IMG/VR virus record: IMGVR_UViG_3300013212_000072
Location: 17,299 to 81,298 of that record
Length of the DNA stretch: 64,000 bases
Strand: one strand, 5' to 3'
DNA from: a virus
In this document: positions 18,014 to 28,047 of the stretch, in pieces
How positions within the stretch are numbered: the stretch's first letter is position 1
How the letters are laid out: each line of letters begins with the position of its first letter
Translations under genes and position numbers: made by a program
The notes under the pieces: model-generated
What the model was told of the DNA's origin: nothing
What the model saw: only the letters and a program-made list of their open reading frames with translations
The model's database searches: none

Positions 18014-19560
18014 TGGCATCAGTTAATAATCATATTCTTACAATAACAGAGCCCGCTATTAAATTAGATACGGTTGCTTTTGAATCATTTGGAGAGGGTG
18101 AACCAAATGTTACACGAGCGAATATTAGTAAAGGTTATCTCTTAATGGTTTCTATTAATGGATATATTTTTACTGATAAAGATATTTTAAGAATGACATT
18201 AAATTGTGGTGGTCCTCTTCCAACAATAAACCTTACTATTTCAGATTCATTAGGTCTATTTAATATCGATACCTTTCCTAGAGATGGAGACGTTATCAAT
18301 TTTAGAATGGGTACTCTTGACAAAACTACGTATAAAGATATTAGAATTGATTTTGATATTACAAGTGCAGATCAACCTCGACAAAACTCAGACGTTAGAG
18401 GAGGAAAGTATAATTTTTCAGGAAGAATTAAAGTGCCTGGACTATATGCAGATGAATGTAAGTCTTATGGAAAAGGAACTTCATTAGACCATATTGAAGC
18501 AATTGCAAATGATTTAAAACTTGGAGTTGCAACAAACATTGATTCAGCCAATGATAAAATGAACCTGATTTTACCATATAGTACTAGATTTGATACATTG
18601 CAAGATTTGGTAAGACACTCATATATTGATGAGGATAGCTTCCAGACATATTGTATTGACCAATACTATTATATAAATTATGTTAACTTAAACACTTTAT
18701 TAGAATCAGAAGAATCTTTTGAAGAGATGATTTACGCATACGATAAAGAATTTAATGATACACCTGGAAGCGGATCAGATGATTCAACTAATCAAAGTAA
18801 AAAAACACTTTTATTAACTAATCATAAAAGAGATATCGGTACAAATTTATTTATTGAAGCTCAATCTCTAATAAATAACGCTGGTAGTAAATTAAAAAAG
18901 AATGGTTACAAAAGAACTCTTCAATTTTTTGAAAATGATTCAGATGAAGGATTAGTAAGTCATGAAATTGAACCCCTTTCCGGTAAAAACATGTCAGATA
19001 TTGAAGAACCTATGAAAGGTAGAAGAGGCGAAGAGCGTTATAAAGGTGAAACTAAAACAAAATATACCGGTAGAAAAAACGCAGATCTAGAAACTTCGCA
19101 TACACATCTAAACTATGAGTATGCTGCAATAAGTAATGCGCAAAACATAGACGAGATTAAAAAAATGTCGTTAGAAGTTTCATTGGCAGCTTTTAATCCT
19201 GCAATACATTTATATCAAAAATTGCCTGTATTGATTTACACAGGACATCAACAAAAGTTAGGAGCTGATAAAGTTATTAAGGATGCTAAAAAAGAAAAAG
19301 GATTTGATACTGTTGTAGATGAAGATGCTTCAATGCTCAATTCTGGAAGTTATGTAGTTGACGAATTTTTATCAGCATTCTATATTGTCGGAGGTATTGA
19401 ATATACTTACAAATCAGGGGATTCTTCTGTTAAACAAAAATTAAGATTGCTAAGAAGAGAATGGCCAAGTAGGATTAATAACCTTAATCCAGAGACTGTT
19501 GCACCAGCACCAACTTCCTCTATTACACCGGATCCTGTTGCAACTCCACCTAAGAATTAA
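18013..19560 (+). CDS. Baseplate hub-like protein
   Basis: Lies between gp53-like and gp5-like genes; C-terminal FLSAFYIVGGIEY...QKLRLLRREW. Confidence 0.5.
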   Translation: MASVNNHILTITEPAIKLDTVAFESFGEGEPNVTRANISKGYLLMVSINGYIFTDKDILRMTLNCGGPLPTINLTISDSLGLFNIDTFPRDGDVINFRMGTLDKTTYKDIRIDFDITSADQPRQNSDVRGGKYNFSGRIKVPGLYADECKSYGKGTSLDHIEAIANDLKLGVATNIDSANDKMNLILPYSTRFDTLQDLVRHSYIDEDSFQTYCIDQYYYINYVNLNTLLESEESFEEMIYAYDKEFNDTPGSGSDDSTNQSKKTLLLTNHKRDIGTNLFIEAQSLINNAGSKLKKNGYKRTLQFFENDSDEGLVSHEIEPLSGKNMSDIEEPMKGRRGEERYKGETKTKYTGRKNADLETSHTHLNYEYAAISNAQNIDEIKKMSLEVSLAAFNPAIHLYQKLPVLIYTGHQQKLGADKVIKDAKKEKGFDTVVDEDASMLNSGSYVVDEFLSAFYIVGGIEYTYKSGDSSVKQKLRLLRREWPSRINNLNPETVAPAPTSSITPDPVATPPKN

Positions 19561-19589
19561 TTCTATTAAATAAAAATAATATATAATAC

Positions 19590-20801
19590 ATGTCAGATTT
19601 TAAAACACCAGTGGATTTTAGAAAGGGTTCCTACAGGACATACCCTTACCAAGATCCAACGTACCTTTCTTTTGCCTTATTATTCGATTTTTATGATATA
19701 GAAAGCTCACCTCTTCTTGCCGGAGGGGCTGAGGCATTTTTACTAGATTTAGCAGGAAGAGAAAGTAAAGATTCTTTTTATTTGGAAAGGCTTAATGACC
19801 TAGAAGCTTTTATAGAAGCATTAAAGCAAATTAATAAAGAATTGCCTTGGTTTTGGCAATCATTAAAAGGACTTGAAAGATTACAGCAATACAATCCTGA
19901 AAATGCGTATATGGGAGGTGATGATGCAAAACTAGAAATTGAAACCTTAGAATCTTTAAATCTTACAATTTCAGGTTTAATGCATTTATATAGAAGAGCA
20001 ATATTTGATGAAAGAAAGTGGAACTATATAATTCCAGCTAACTTAAGAAAGTTTAGAATGTGGGTATATGTTACTGAAGTACGTACAATTGCAATTGTTG
20101 AAGACGTAAAGGTAAATGGTATTCCTAAAAAAATGGATAAAAGTGCCGTAACTGGATTTCCCGGTAATTTTAAACCATCAATCGATACTGAAAATAAAAA
20201 TGCTGGTATTTCTGGGCCAGAAGCCCGTCCTTATTTTATGATAGGATTAAAATATTGCGAGTTTGATTTAGCATCAGGAACTACTGTTTTTGCAGATCTT
20301 AGTAAAAATCCTGAGATGGCAAAAGAGGCACTTAAGATAAAATATGAAAAACTCGAAAAGGTTGAAGCTCGGGTATTAAATGGAATTATTAAAGAAACAT
20401 ACCAAGCGGGTCAATTATCTCCCGCGCCTGACGCGGAAATGTTTTCATCTTCAAAGAAAACTCCTCTTGAATTCGCTAAAGATAAACTTAAAGGTAAACT
20501 TGATAGCGTAGTTTCGAGTGCAAAGGAAGACCTTAAAGCACTTGCAGAAAAAAAGAAAGCAGAAGTCCTACAAAGATTAAAAGATGAAACAATTAATAGA
20601 ATTCCTAAATTTGAAAATGTATTTTCAAATTTTATAAGAAAGGTGGATCAACAAAGCACAACAGCCTTAAATAATGCAACTTCAAAAAGAAGCATAGGAG
20701 CTGCAATTAATGCAAATGTGTATGGTGTAGAACCAGGATCTACAATAGAACAAGGACTTAATAAAGCGGCAATTAATAGTTTAGGTAACGTTTATAAATA
20801 A
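19590..20801 (+). CDS. Virion structural protein (baseplate/tube-associated)
   Basis: AATATATA at 19578; baseplate gene context. Confidence 0.45.
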   Translation: MSDFKTPVDFRKGSYRTYPYQDPTYLSFALLFDFYDIESSPLLAGGAEAFLLDLAGRESKDSFYLERLNDLEAFIEALKQINKELPWFWQSLKGLERLQQYNPENAYMGGDDAKLEIETLESLNLTISGLMHLYRRAIFDERKWNYIIPANLRKFRMWVYVTEVRTIAIVEDVKVNGIPKKMDKSAVTGFPGNFKPSIDTENKNAGISGPEARPYFMIGLKYCEFDLASGTTVFADLSKNPEMAKEALKIKYEKLEKVEARVLNGIIKETYQAGQLSPAPDAEMFSSSKKTPLEFAKDKLKGKLDSVVSSAKEDLKALAEKKKAEVLQRLKDETINRIPKFENVFSNFIRKVDQQSTTALNNATSKRSIGAAINANVYGVEPGSTIEQGLNKAAINSLGNVYK

Positions 20802-21520
20802 TGGCAACAGATACTGAATTAGAAAAAGATAATATTAGGGAGACTCATTGGATAGGTGAAGTTGTTGATAATGCAGATCCAAAGAATTGGGGTAGATGCA
20901 GGGTTAAGGTATTTGGAAAATTTGATAAACTTCCTAACGATGCTATTCCATGGGCAACACCAATGAATAGAGATTTAGTTGGAGCTCACAATACTCCAAA
21001 TGTTGGAACTATCGTTGCTGTCCGTTTTGATAATGGTAATCTCTATCACCCGGAATATTGGTTTCAAATCAATCAAAGTAAAGCTCTTAAAAAGGATGTC
21101 TTAGATAAATCAGGTGCGGCGCATAATGTTGTTTCACTTATATATGATGAAGTAAGAAATATAAGAATCTATCATTCGCCTGAAGATGGATTGGTAATTA
21201 CCCGAGGAACCGGAGCCAAAGAACGTCCATTGATTCAAATTGATGAAAAGGGATTTATTAAAATTTCAACTAAAGACAAGATATTCTTAGACTCTGGAAA
21301 CATATTCTTAAGTAATACTGGAGAGGGAAGTGAGAATGAATCTGAGCCTGCGGTTCGTGGAGTTTCTTTAGAAAAATGGTTAAATAAATTATTGGATGAC
21401 TATAAAGCCCATATCCATCCAACACCGACGGGCCCTTCAGGTCCTCCTTCGCCACCGACTCCTTCGACAGTTTCAAGTCTTAAGAGTTCGCATATAACAT
21501 ATCAGCAAAAGAATAAATAA
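20801..21520 (+). CDS. Baseplate central spike (gp5 N-terminal OB-fold/gpV-like)
   Basis: WIGEVVDNADP..GRCRVKVFG....IPWA; C-terminal HIHPTPTGPSGPP apex motif. Confidence 0.8.
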   Translation: MATDTELEKDNIRETHWIGEVVDNADPKNWGRCRVKVFGKFDKLPNDAIPWATPMNRDLVGAHNTPNVGTIVAVRFDNGNLYHPEYWFQINQSKALKKDVLDKSGAAHNVVSLIYDEVRNIRIYHSPEDGLVITRGTGAKERPLIQIDEKGFIKISTKDKIFLDSGNIFLSNTGEGSENESEPAVRGVSLEKWLNKLLDDYKAHIHPTPTGPSGPPSPPTPSTVSSLKSSHITYQQKNK

Positions 21521-21551
21521 TTGGGATAAATATCCTATAAATTAACACAAT

Positions 21552-23786
21552 ATGCCTGCACAGTGGCCAATATTTATTAATAACGTTTCCAAAAAACTGG
21601 CCAGTAGAACTTCTAAAGGTCCAGATGATATTGGTACGTTTGTTGCTAATGAATATTTTAATGCTGTTAAAACCGCACAAACTCCATTTGGAAATATCCA
21701 TAAATCTGGACAAAAGCCAATACTTGAAGAGGGATTTAAAAAGGCATTCAATATGTTATTCAAATCTCTTGAACCTCAATTAGAAGATAAATTTGGAAAT
21801 CCATTATATGATGACATGTTTGAAAAACTTCCTGGAGTAGATTTAAGCACAAATCCGGATTGTGACTTTGAAGAGTGGACAATAAAGAATAAAGAAACGA
21901 TAACACCATTTGAATTCTATCCTTTATTTCCTACGACATGTATAATTCCAAAACCAATTGTTTCTCCAACTAATCTTTTTGGAGATATTGATATAACTTC
22001 TGAAAATGTAGATAACCAACCGGAACTTCGATATGTAACAATGTCCGTTTTTGGCGGTGATGGAACTTCTCCATACGAATTTACATATTCATTAAATGGA
22101 ATCGTACAACCAACATTGACTTCTGATAGCCAAGGAGTTGTAAAGTTCTTAGCTCCTACGGATCCTGGTAAATATGAGTATATTTTTATTAGTGCAATGG
22201 ATGCATCTAAACTGGCAGAAATTAAAAATATAGATAGAAGTGCTTCAATAGAAATAAAAGAAGACACAAAGGCAGTTGAAATTAAAGTCGATCCACCTGT
22301 AGCTTTTCAACTTGTAAAACCTATGACTGAAGCTCAGCAAGTTGATGAACTTACAAATAGAGTATTATACCAAAATGATGGAACTGAAACATATTTAGAT
22401 TGGGTTGAAAGACTTCCATATCACGGGGATTTTGCTAGAAAAGTAAGTAAACAAGTTTTAGAATTTTTAGATAAAGAAACCAACTCTATAAAAACAGGAA
22501 CTGGAATTAATGGACTTCCACAGACTAACGCAATTAGTCCAATCAATGTTACTAGATACAATTACGAAAGTCAACTCAATTCCGCGACTGAATCTATTAG
22601 AAAGGCAAAAGAAAAATATAATAAATTAGTTGAAAAAGATAATTCATCTAAGGTTAAAGTTGATTCAATTCAGAAAACGCATGCACGCGTTGAAGTGCTC
22701 CGATCTGAAATTTTGCTAGAAAGAATTGAATTAGAGTATAAAAAAAAAAACGATTATAATAATTTTGGCACTAATGTAGTTTCAACATCTACATCCCCTA
22801 GAATTGAAAGTTTAAATGAACAACTTGCAGTAGAATTACAGTTAATTAATATTGATGTTCTTAAAAAAAATATTAACAAGATTAAAGATATTGATTCAAT
22901 TGATTTTATAATGGCTAAGATTAAGATATACCAAAATGAATTAACAGTTGCACAATCAAATTCACGAAGAGATACTAATAAAATAGATACTTTAAATAGA
23001 GAACTAACAGTACAATCTCTTCGTGTAATAAAACTTAAGAATAAAATCAAAAAAGAAGCAGCCACAAATGATAGATTATTTCAAGAAGAATATGATGATA
23101 GACCTGATAGTATACCAAAATTCATAACTTCAAAATTGATATGTATATTTACATATGTTAAAGGAATTGATAATAATCAAAAAAACGCGCCAAGTAAGAA
23201 CCCAATACTTGCGACTAATACTACTAGTTATAATAGTGGTTACGGTAACTTAAATGGAAATACAAAAAATGAAACATTTGGTCAATGGTCTAAGAGAACC
23301 GAACCGGGCCGTATAAATGCAAAATTGACTAGGTATAATCTTGAAAAGGTTAAATATAGAGACCTAAAAATAAGACATATTAATCAAATAGCGGAAGATA
23401 ATAAAAAAGCTGGGAATGCATGCGGCGCCGATGATGCGTATTGCGTAATGTCAAAATGTATACTTGACTATTGGAAATCTACAGCAGCGCAGCCATTTGC
23501 AACATCACCACCTATATTACCGTGTTTAATACCATCTCCTGGAAATTACATTCCAATATATTATGGAGATGAATCAAAATTAGGGGCAGATTTAAGAAGA
23601 GCATGGAATACTGGTAAAAGATTTAAAATTGAACCAACTCTACAGACTGCTACAAAAGCAGTTGCAACTGCAGTTGCGGCATCATGCGCAAAGCATCTCT
23701 TAGATCTGAAATTCATATACAATGGACAAATACCAACACCTAGCGGTCCTGTTCCAATGATTGGTTTTTCACCATTGGCCTTATAA
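21552..23786 (+). CDS. Large protein of unknown function, probably virion-associated
   Basis: Ig-like segment plus coiled coil; follows the spike gene. Confidence 0.5.
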   Translation: MPAQWPIFINNVSKKLASRTSKGPDDIGTFVANEYFNAVKTAQTPFGNIHKSGQKPILEEGFKKAFNMLFKSLEPQLEDKFGNPLYDDMFEKLPGVDLSTNPDCDFEEWTIKNKETITPFEFYPLFPTTCIIPKPIVSPTNLFGDIDITSENVDNQPELRYVTMSVFGGDGTSPYEFTYSLNGIVQPTLTSDSQGVVKFLAPTDPGKYEYIFISAMDASKLAEIKNIDRSASIEIKEDTKAVEIKVDPPVAFQLVKPMTEAQQVDELTNRVLYQNDGTETYLDWVERLPYHGDFARKVSKQVLEFLDKETNSIKTGTGINGLPQTNAISPINVTRYNYESQLNSATESIRKAKEKYNKLVEKDNSSKVKVDSIQKTHARVEVLRSEILLERIELEYKKKNDYNNFGTNVVSTSTSPRIESLNEQLAVELQLINIDVLKKNINKIKDIDSIDFIMAKIKIYQNELTVAQSNSRRDTNKIDTLNRELTVQSLRVIKLKNKIKKEAATNDRLFQEEYDDRPDSIPKFITSKLICIFTYVKGIDNNQKNAPSKNPILATNTTSYNSGYGNLNGNTKNETFGQWSKRTEPGRINAKLTRYNLEKVKYRDLKIRHINQIAEDNKKAGNACGADDAYCVMSKCILDYWKSTAAQPFATSPPILPCLIPSPGNYIPIYYGDESKLGADLRRAWNTGKRFKIEPTLQTATKAVATAVAASCAKHLLDLKFIYNGQIPTPSGPVPMIGFSPLAL

Positions 23787-23825
23787 AACAAATATATAAT
23801 TTATTAACCTTTAAAAATAAAAACA

Positions 23826-25040
23826 ATGTCACAAGACGTTTTAACTAAACAAACAGAGAATCAACTAAACGATATCTCTAACTTTGATTGGGATTTGTAT
23901 TCTGCAGATTGCCCATCTACTCTTAGAAAGATAAACCACCATGTAAAAGCTCCAGAAGGTGTTAAGGTGTATTCAAGAGAACCTTATGCCCAAGAACTTC
24001 TTAATTTAATGGAAAGTCACTGGAGTGAAAATACACAAACTCATATTATACATGCTGGAGAAACCCACACTGGTAAAGTGTACGCAGTAGATATGGAATG
24101 GGCATCTATCGATATTGGATATCGAGAAATGGTGTATGTTCAATTGTCAAAAGAATCTGCAATCTCAAGATCAAAATTAATTCCTGGAACTGAAATATCT
24201 GTTGAAATTACGGCAGAAAAAAGTAAAAGTACCAGAGGATTTGTATTAGGTTCCGTTGAAGCTGGTATTAAAGCTGCTACATTAAGAGAAATTTTAGCAT
24301 CTGCTGAAACTGGAAATACTGCCTATATGGGAACTGTAACAAGTATGATTCCAGGTGGAGGTTACTTTGTTAATGTGCAAGGAGTCGATTGTTTCATGCC
24401 GGGATCCCTAGCAGGTATTAATAAACTTGCAGATTTTGGTTCTGTCATTAACACACAAATGTATGTAGTACCGATGAGTTACTCTCCTGAGAAAGGAACA
24501 GTAATTGTATCTCATAGAAAATATCTTCAAGCACTTATTCCAAATGCGATTGAAGACCTTAGAAATAATCCTGGAGAAACTAAAGAAGGTAACGTAACAG
24601 GTTCTACAAAATACGGAGTATTTGTTGAATTTGATAATTGTTTAACTGGAATGATTCATGCAAATGATTTAAACCCTGAAATGGCAAGAAAACATAAGGC
24701 TAGAGAAATTAATCCAGGTGATGTTATTGATTTTAAGATTAAAGAAATAATCAACAATGATAAAATAACATTGACTCAATTAGAGCATGTTGAAATTAAC
24801 GACCCATGGTCTGATGTTGCTACTAAGTATAAAAGCTTTCCAGTTGAAGTTAAAGGTACAATAAAATCTGTTAAAGATTATGGAGTATTTGTAGATGTTG
24901 GAGATGGAATTGTTGGATTACTTCACGTATCCGAACTTCCTGATAATGTTAAGGTTGATTCGCTTACAAAGAACGATAATATTACCGTTCAAATAACAAG
25001 AATGGACGTAGCTACTAGAAAAGTTTTCTTGAAACTATAA
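23826..25040 (+). CDS. rpsA: Ribosomal protein bS1 homologue (four S1 domains)
   Basis: GGYFVNVQGVDCFMPGS, IVSHR, GNVTGSTKYGVFVEF..LTGMIH, VKGTIKSVKDYGVFVDVGDGIVGLLHVSEL. Confidence 0.85.
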   Translation: MSQDVLTKQTENQLNDISNFDWDLYSADCPSTLRKINHHVKAPEGVKVYSREPYAQELLNLMESHWSENTQTHIIHAGETHTGKVYAVDMEWASIDIGYREMVYVQLSKESAISRSKLIPGTEISVEITAEKSKSTRGFVLGSVEAGIKAATLREILASAETGNTAYMGTVTSMIPGGGYFVNVQGVDCFMPGSLAGINKLADFGSVINTQMYVVPMSYSPEKGTVIVSHRKYLQALIPNAIEDLRNNPGETKEGNVTGSTKYGVFVEFDNCLTGMIHANDLNPEMARKHKAREINPGDVIDFKIKEIINNDKITLTQLEHVEINDPWSDVATKYKSFPVEVKGTIKSVKDYGVFVDVGDGIVGLLHVSELPDNVKVDSLTKNDNITVQITRMDVATRKVFLKL

Positions 25041-25124
25041 TTGTTAATAACTTTAACATAAAATTAACAACCCAGATTTTAGGATCTGGGTTTTTTTGTT
25101 TATATTTACATTATAATTAAAACA
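25041..25124 (+). repeat. Terminator hairpin + early promoter cassette, copy 2
   Basis: Near-identical to 8747-8819; preceded by TTGTTAATAACTTT as at 3030. Confidence 0.8.
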
Positions 25125-25136
25125 GATATATAAAAC

Positions 25137-25925
25137 ATGAACAAATTTAAAACATACGGACAATTCTTAAATGAGTCAAATCAAGATAATATTGTTAATG
25201 TTATTTTAGATTCGTTGGAACCTACAATTGTTGAAATGTTAGCTGCAACCGAAAAATGGTTTGTTGAGACCTTTAAACAGGAGTTTACTAAATATGACAG
25301 AGAGTATGCTAGAATCAATTTAACATACGATATGGTTAAATCTATTGAAATGTATACCTTACCAACCGATTCACTATTATCAATGAACGTGCGTAAGAGC
25401 GTTAAAGGAAATATTCAAATTGATGCTCAAATCCAAAGAGGAGAAAACACTTATAGTTTCCAAACTGAAGCGATTTATGCAGGAGGACATAACATTCAGA
25501 GACTTCACTATAGATATATTGTTAAGACCAGCATTCCAAAAACTGGAGCTACCGAAATTGCTAAAGAATATGCAGACAAAATTAAGAAAATGTCTAAGCT
25601 TGAACAAATTAATAAAGAAATAAATAGTTACAAGCAACGTATTAAAATAGAACAAGAAAAACTTGAAGTTAACTCTAAATTAACAGATGATGAGATTAAG
25701 GCAAAAAGTGATTATGTATGGCCGACTTGGAAAGAAATTGTAAAGAGAGATGCTGCTAAAAATTATAATAATGACGAAGCATACTACTATCAAGAACAAG
25801 AAAGAAGCATCCAAGCTCAAATCGATAGTTGGAAACGAATTAATGTTACTTCAATACAAACGTGGTTAGTAAGCGTTAACAAATCACTTCAAAAACTTAT
25901 AGCAAAACGGGATTCTATGGTATAG
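25137..25925 (+). CDS. Protein with capsid-targeting-like N-terminus
   Basis: MNKFKTYGQFLNES; preceded by both the early cassette and GATATATA (25125). Confidence 0.6.
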   Translation: MNKFKTYGQFLNESNQDNIVNVILDSLEPTIVEMLAATEKWFVETFKQEFTKYDREYARINLTYDMVKSIEMYTLPTDSLLSMNVRKSVKGNIQIDAQIQRGENTYSFQTEAIYAGGHNIQRLHYRYIVKTSIPKTGATEIAKEYADKIKKMSKLEQINKEINSYKQRIKIEQEKLEVNSKLTDDEIKAKSDYVWPTWKEIVKRDAAKNYNNDEAYYYQEQERSIQAQIDSWKRINVTSIQTWLVSVNKSLQKLIAKRDSMV

Positions 25926-25936
25926 TTATTTTTTAC

Positions 25937-26047
25937 TTGGATATATAACCTAACTTAAGTTAATATATCCAAATTGAATGAATACTCTATAAAAAATAAT
26001 GAGTTTGGGTTTTATTCTTAGATATATAGAATAAAACCCAAACTCAT
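25937..26047 (+). promoter_or_regulatory. Two GATATATA motifs in inverted repeats; 20-bp hairpin occludes the endonuclease ATG
   Basis: ttggatat../..atatccaa 25937-25972; perfect arms 25999-26018/26028-26047 with GATATATA (26021) in the loop. Confidence 0.75.
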
Positions 26048-26735
26048 GTTTCATTATGTTTATATTGTAAAACATCCGCAAACTGGTGAATTTTACTATG
26101 GAAGTAGAACTAGTTATGTTTTGCCAGAATTAGATGATTATAAAGGCTCGATGTGCAAATGGAAAGTTAATAAATTTGAATTAATTAAAACAATAGTTAA
26201 GACATTTAATTCCAGAGAAGAAGCATATTTATTTGAAAGAGAAATAATATTAAAAAATATAAGACATTCATTAAATAGAAATTATGCAATTCCATCAAAA
26301 CACGGTGCCGGCGCACTACCTGGTCCAAAAAATTCTTTTTTTGGTAAAAAACACACCGATGAATCTTTAATTAAAATGAAAGAAAACTCAAATAATGCAG
26401 GCGTTAATAATCCAATGTTTGGAAAAGAGCATAAAGATGTATCTAAAAAGAAAATGTCTATTAAAAAAATAGGCCTTTACAATGGCGTAAATAATCCGAT
26501 GTCTAAAAAACTATATCAATATGATATAAATGGAAATCTAATGAATATATGGGATTGTGCAACTCTATGCGTGAAACATTATGGTGATATTGGTATTAAT
26601 TTATCTAGAGGTAATATTTCCAATAGCGCAAAAAACAATTCAATTGAAGATACTTCGTTAAAAAGATTAAATGTATTTATCTTTTCATTTTCAGAGATAG
26701 ATATAGTTAGATTTAATAAATTTAAAAATAAGTAA
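26046..26735 (+). CDS. GIY-YIG homing endonuclease with NUMOD3/NUMOD1-like domains
   Basis: HYVYIV...FYYGSR; FFGKKHT, NPMFGKEH; KKLYQYDINGNL. Confidence 0.85.
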   Translation: MFHYVYIVKHPQTGEFYYGSRTSYVLPELDDYKGSMCKWKVNKFELIKTIVKTFNSREEAYLFEREIILKNIRHSLNRNYAIPSKHGAGALPGPKNSFFGKKHTDESLIKMKENSNNAGVNNPMFGKEHKDVSKKKMSIKKIGLYNGVNNPMSKKLYQYDINGNLMNIWDCATLCVKHYGDIGINLSRGNISNSAKNNSIEDTSLKRLNVFIFSFSEIDIVRFNKFKNK

Positions 26736-26739
26736 TATA

Positions 26740-28032
26740 ATGAATAATCTAAATGAATCTGACATTTTATCTAAATCTCTTATAGGTTGTGAATTTGAGT
26801 TCTACTCAAATTTTAGTGCTGAAGATACTGCAAAAAAACTTGAAAAACTGCTTGGCAAAAAGATTCACGTCGAGGATAAAGCACATAGCGATTTTGAAGT
26901 AACTCGCGATGAATTTAAAATAGAACCTGACATGTCGGGTGGAGCTAAACTTCTTGAGTTAGTTACTGGAGCCCTTCCATATACTGCAGCCAGACTAATG
27001 ATAATTAATGTTTGTCAATGGATTCAAGAGAATGGATATACAAATGATAGGTCTTCGATTCACTTAAATCTTTCATTTGATAAATCAAAAATTGAAAACA
27101 AGTATCGTATTTCTAAGATGAATGTTCTTAAATTCATTTTAGATTTTAATGAAGAGCAAGTATTCAAATTCTTTCCTAAAAGAGAAAACTCAGCCTACGC
27201 AAAATCTATTAAATTTGTCCTACCAAAAGAGGACACGTACTTCTTTGATGGAAAGCATATCAATCAACAAAACTTTATCTACCCTGATACAAAATATTAT
27301 GGGATAAATTTTGACAAAAGACATAAAAATTATCTGGAATTCCGCTATATTGGAGGAGAGGACTGGGAAAAGAAAACAACTACAATTCTTTATTTAGTTG
27401 ACCGTTTCCTACTTCAATTATGGAAATCAACCGAAAACCCAGACTTTACGGAATTAAATGCAATTGAATTAAAAAAAATAGTTGCAGATAACCAAAGAAT
27501 AATCGATGCTAGAAAGGACTGGAAAACAATTAAAGATAATTGGAAAAATGTTAAGTTCACTGTCGACATGGATGACAATCCTAAAGTAGTAGATTTATAT
27601 TGGACTTCTGTCAAAGAACGTGTAATGAAATTATTTACACATGGAGACCTTAGCAAAGGACATATTAATTATGATACTGACGCTGGTAAAATCCAAGTAA
27701 ATGGAGGTCGTTTAGAATATTGTGTTGACCTTAGAGGGTATGAATTTGTGAATTGTTTCTTGCGAGGAGAATTTACCGAATGCGATATGTATGGATGTGA
27801 TGTTAACGGTTCTGATATTCATTATTGTAATTTCTACCAATCAACACAACTTAATAGTTCTAAATTAGATGGTTCTTATGTTCATGGAACATGTACCGCA
27901 AATGATTGTTATGTCTATGGAAAAGGAACTTTTAAAGGAACAATGAATGGAGGAATCTTTAGAGAGGGTTCATTTGATAAAAAACTGGCTAGATTTAATG
28001 ATGTTGAAATTATTAAATCTAGAGCAATATAA
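26740..28032 (+). CDS. Putative amidoligase (COOH-NH2 ligase type) with C-terminal beta-helix-like repeats
   Basis: IGCEFEF, ELVTG, TNDRSSIHLN, KYYGIN, LEFRYIGG. Confidence 0.65.
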   Translation: MNNLNESDILSKSLIGCEFEFYSNFSAEDTAKKLEKLLGKKIHVEDKAHSDFEVTRDEFKIEPDMSGGAKLLELVTGALPYTAARLMIINVCQWIQENGYTNDRSSIHLNLSFDKSKIENKYRISKMNVLKFILDFNEEQVFKFFPKRENSAYAKSIKFVLPKEDTYFFDGKHINQQNFIYPDTKYYGINFDKRHKNYLEFRYIGGEDWEKKTTTILYLVDRFLLQLWKSTENPDFTELNAIELKKIVADNQRIIDARKDWKTIKDNWKNVKFTVDMDDNPKVVDLYWTSVKERVMKLFTHGDLSKGHINYDTDAGKIQVNGGRLEYCVDLRGYEFVNCFLRGEFTECDMYGCDVNGSDIHYCNFYQSTQLNSSKLDGSYVHGTCTANDCYVYGKGTFKGTMNGGIFREGSFDKKLARFNDVEIIKSRAI

Positions 28033-28047
28033 AAATAAAATAAAAAG

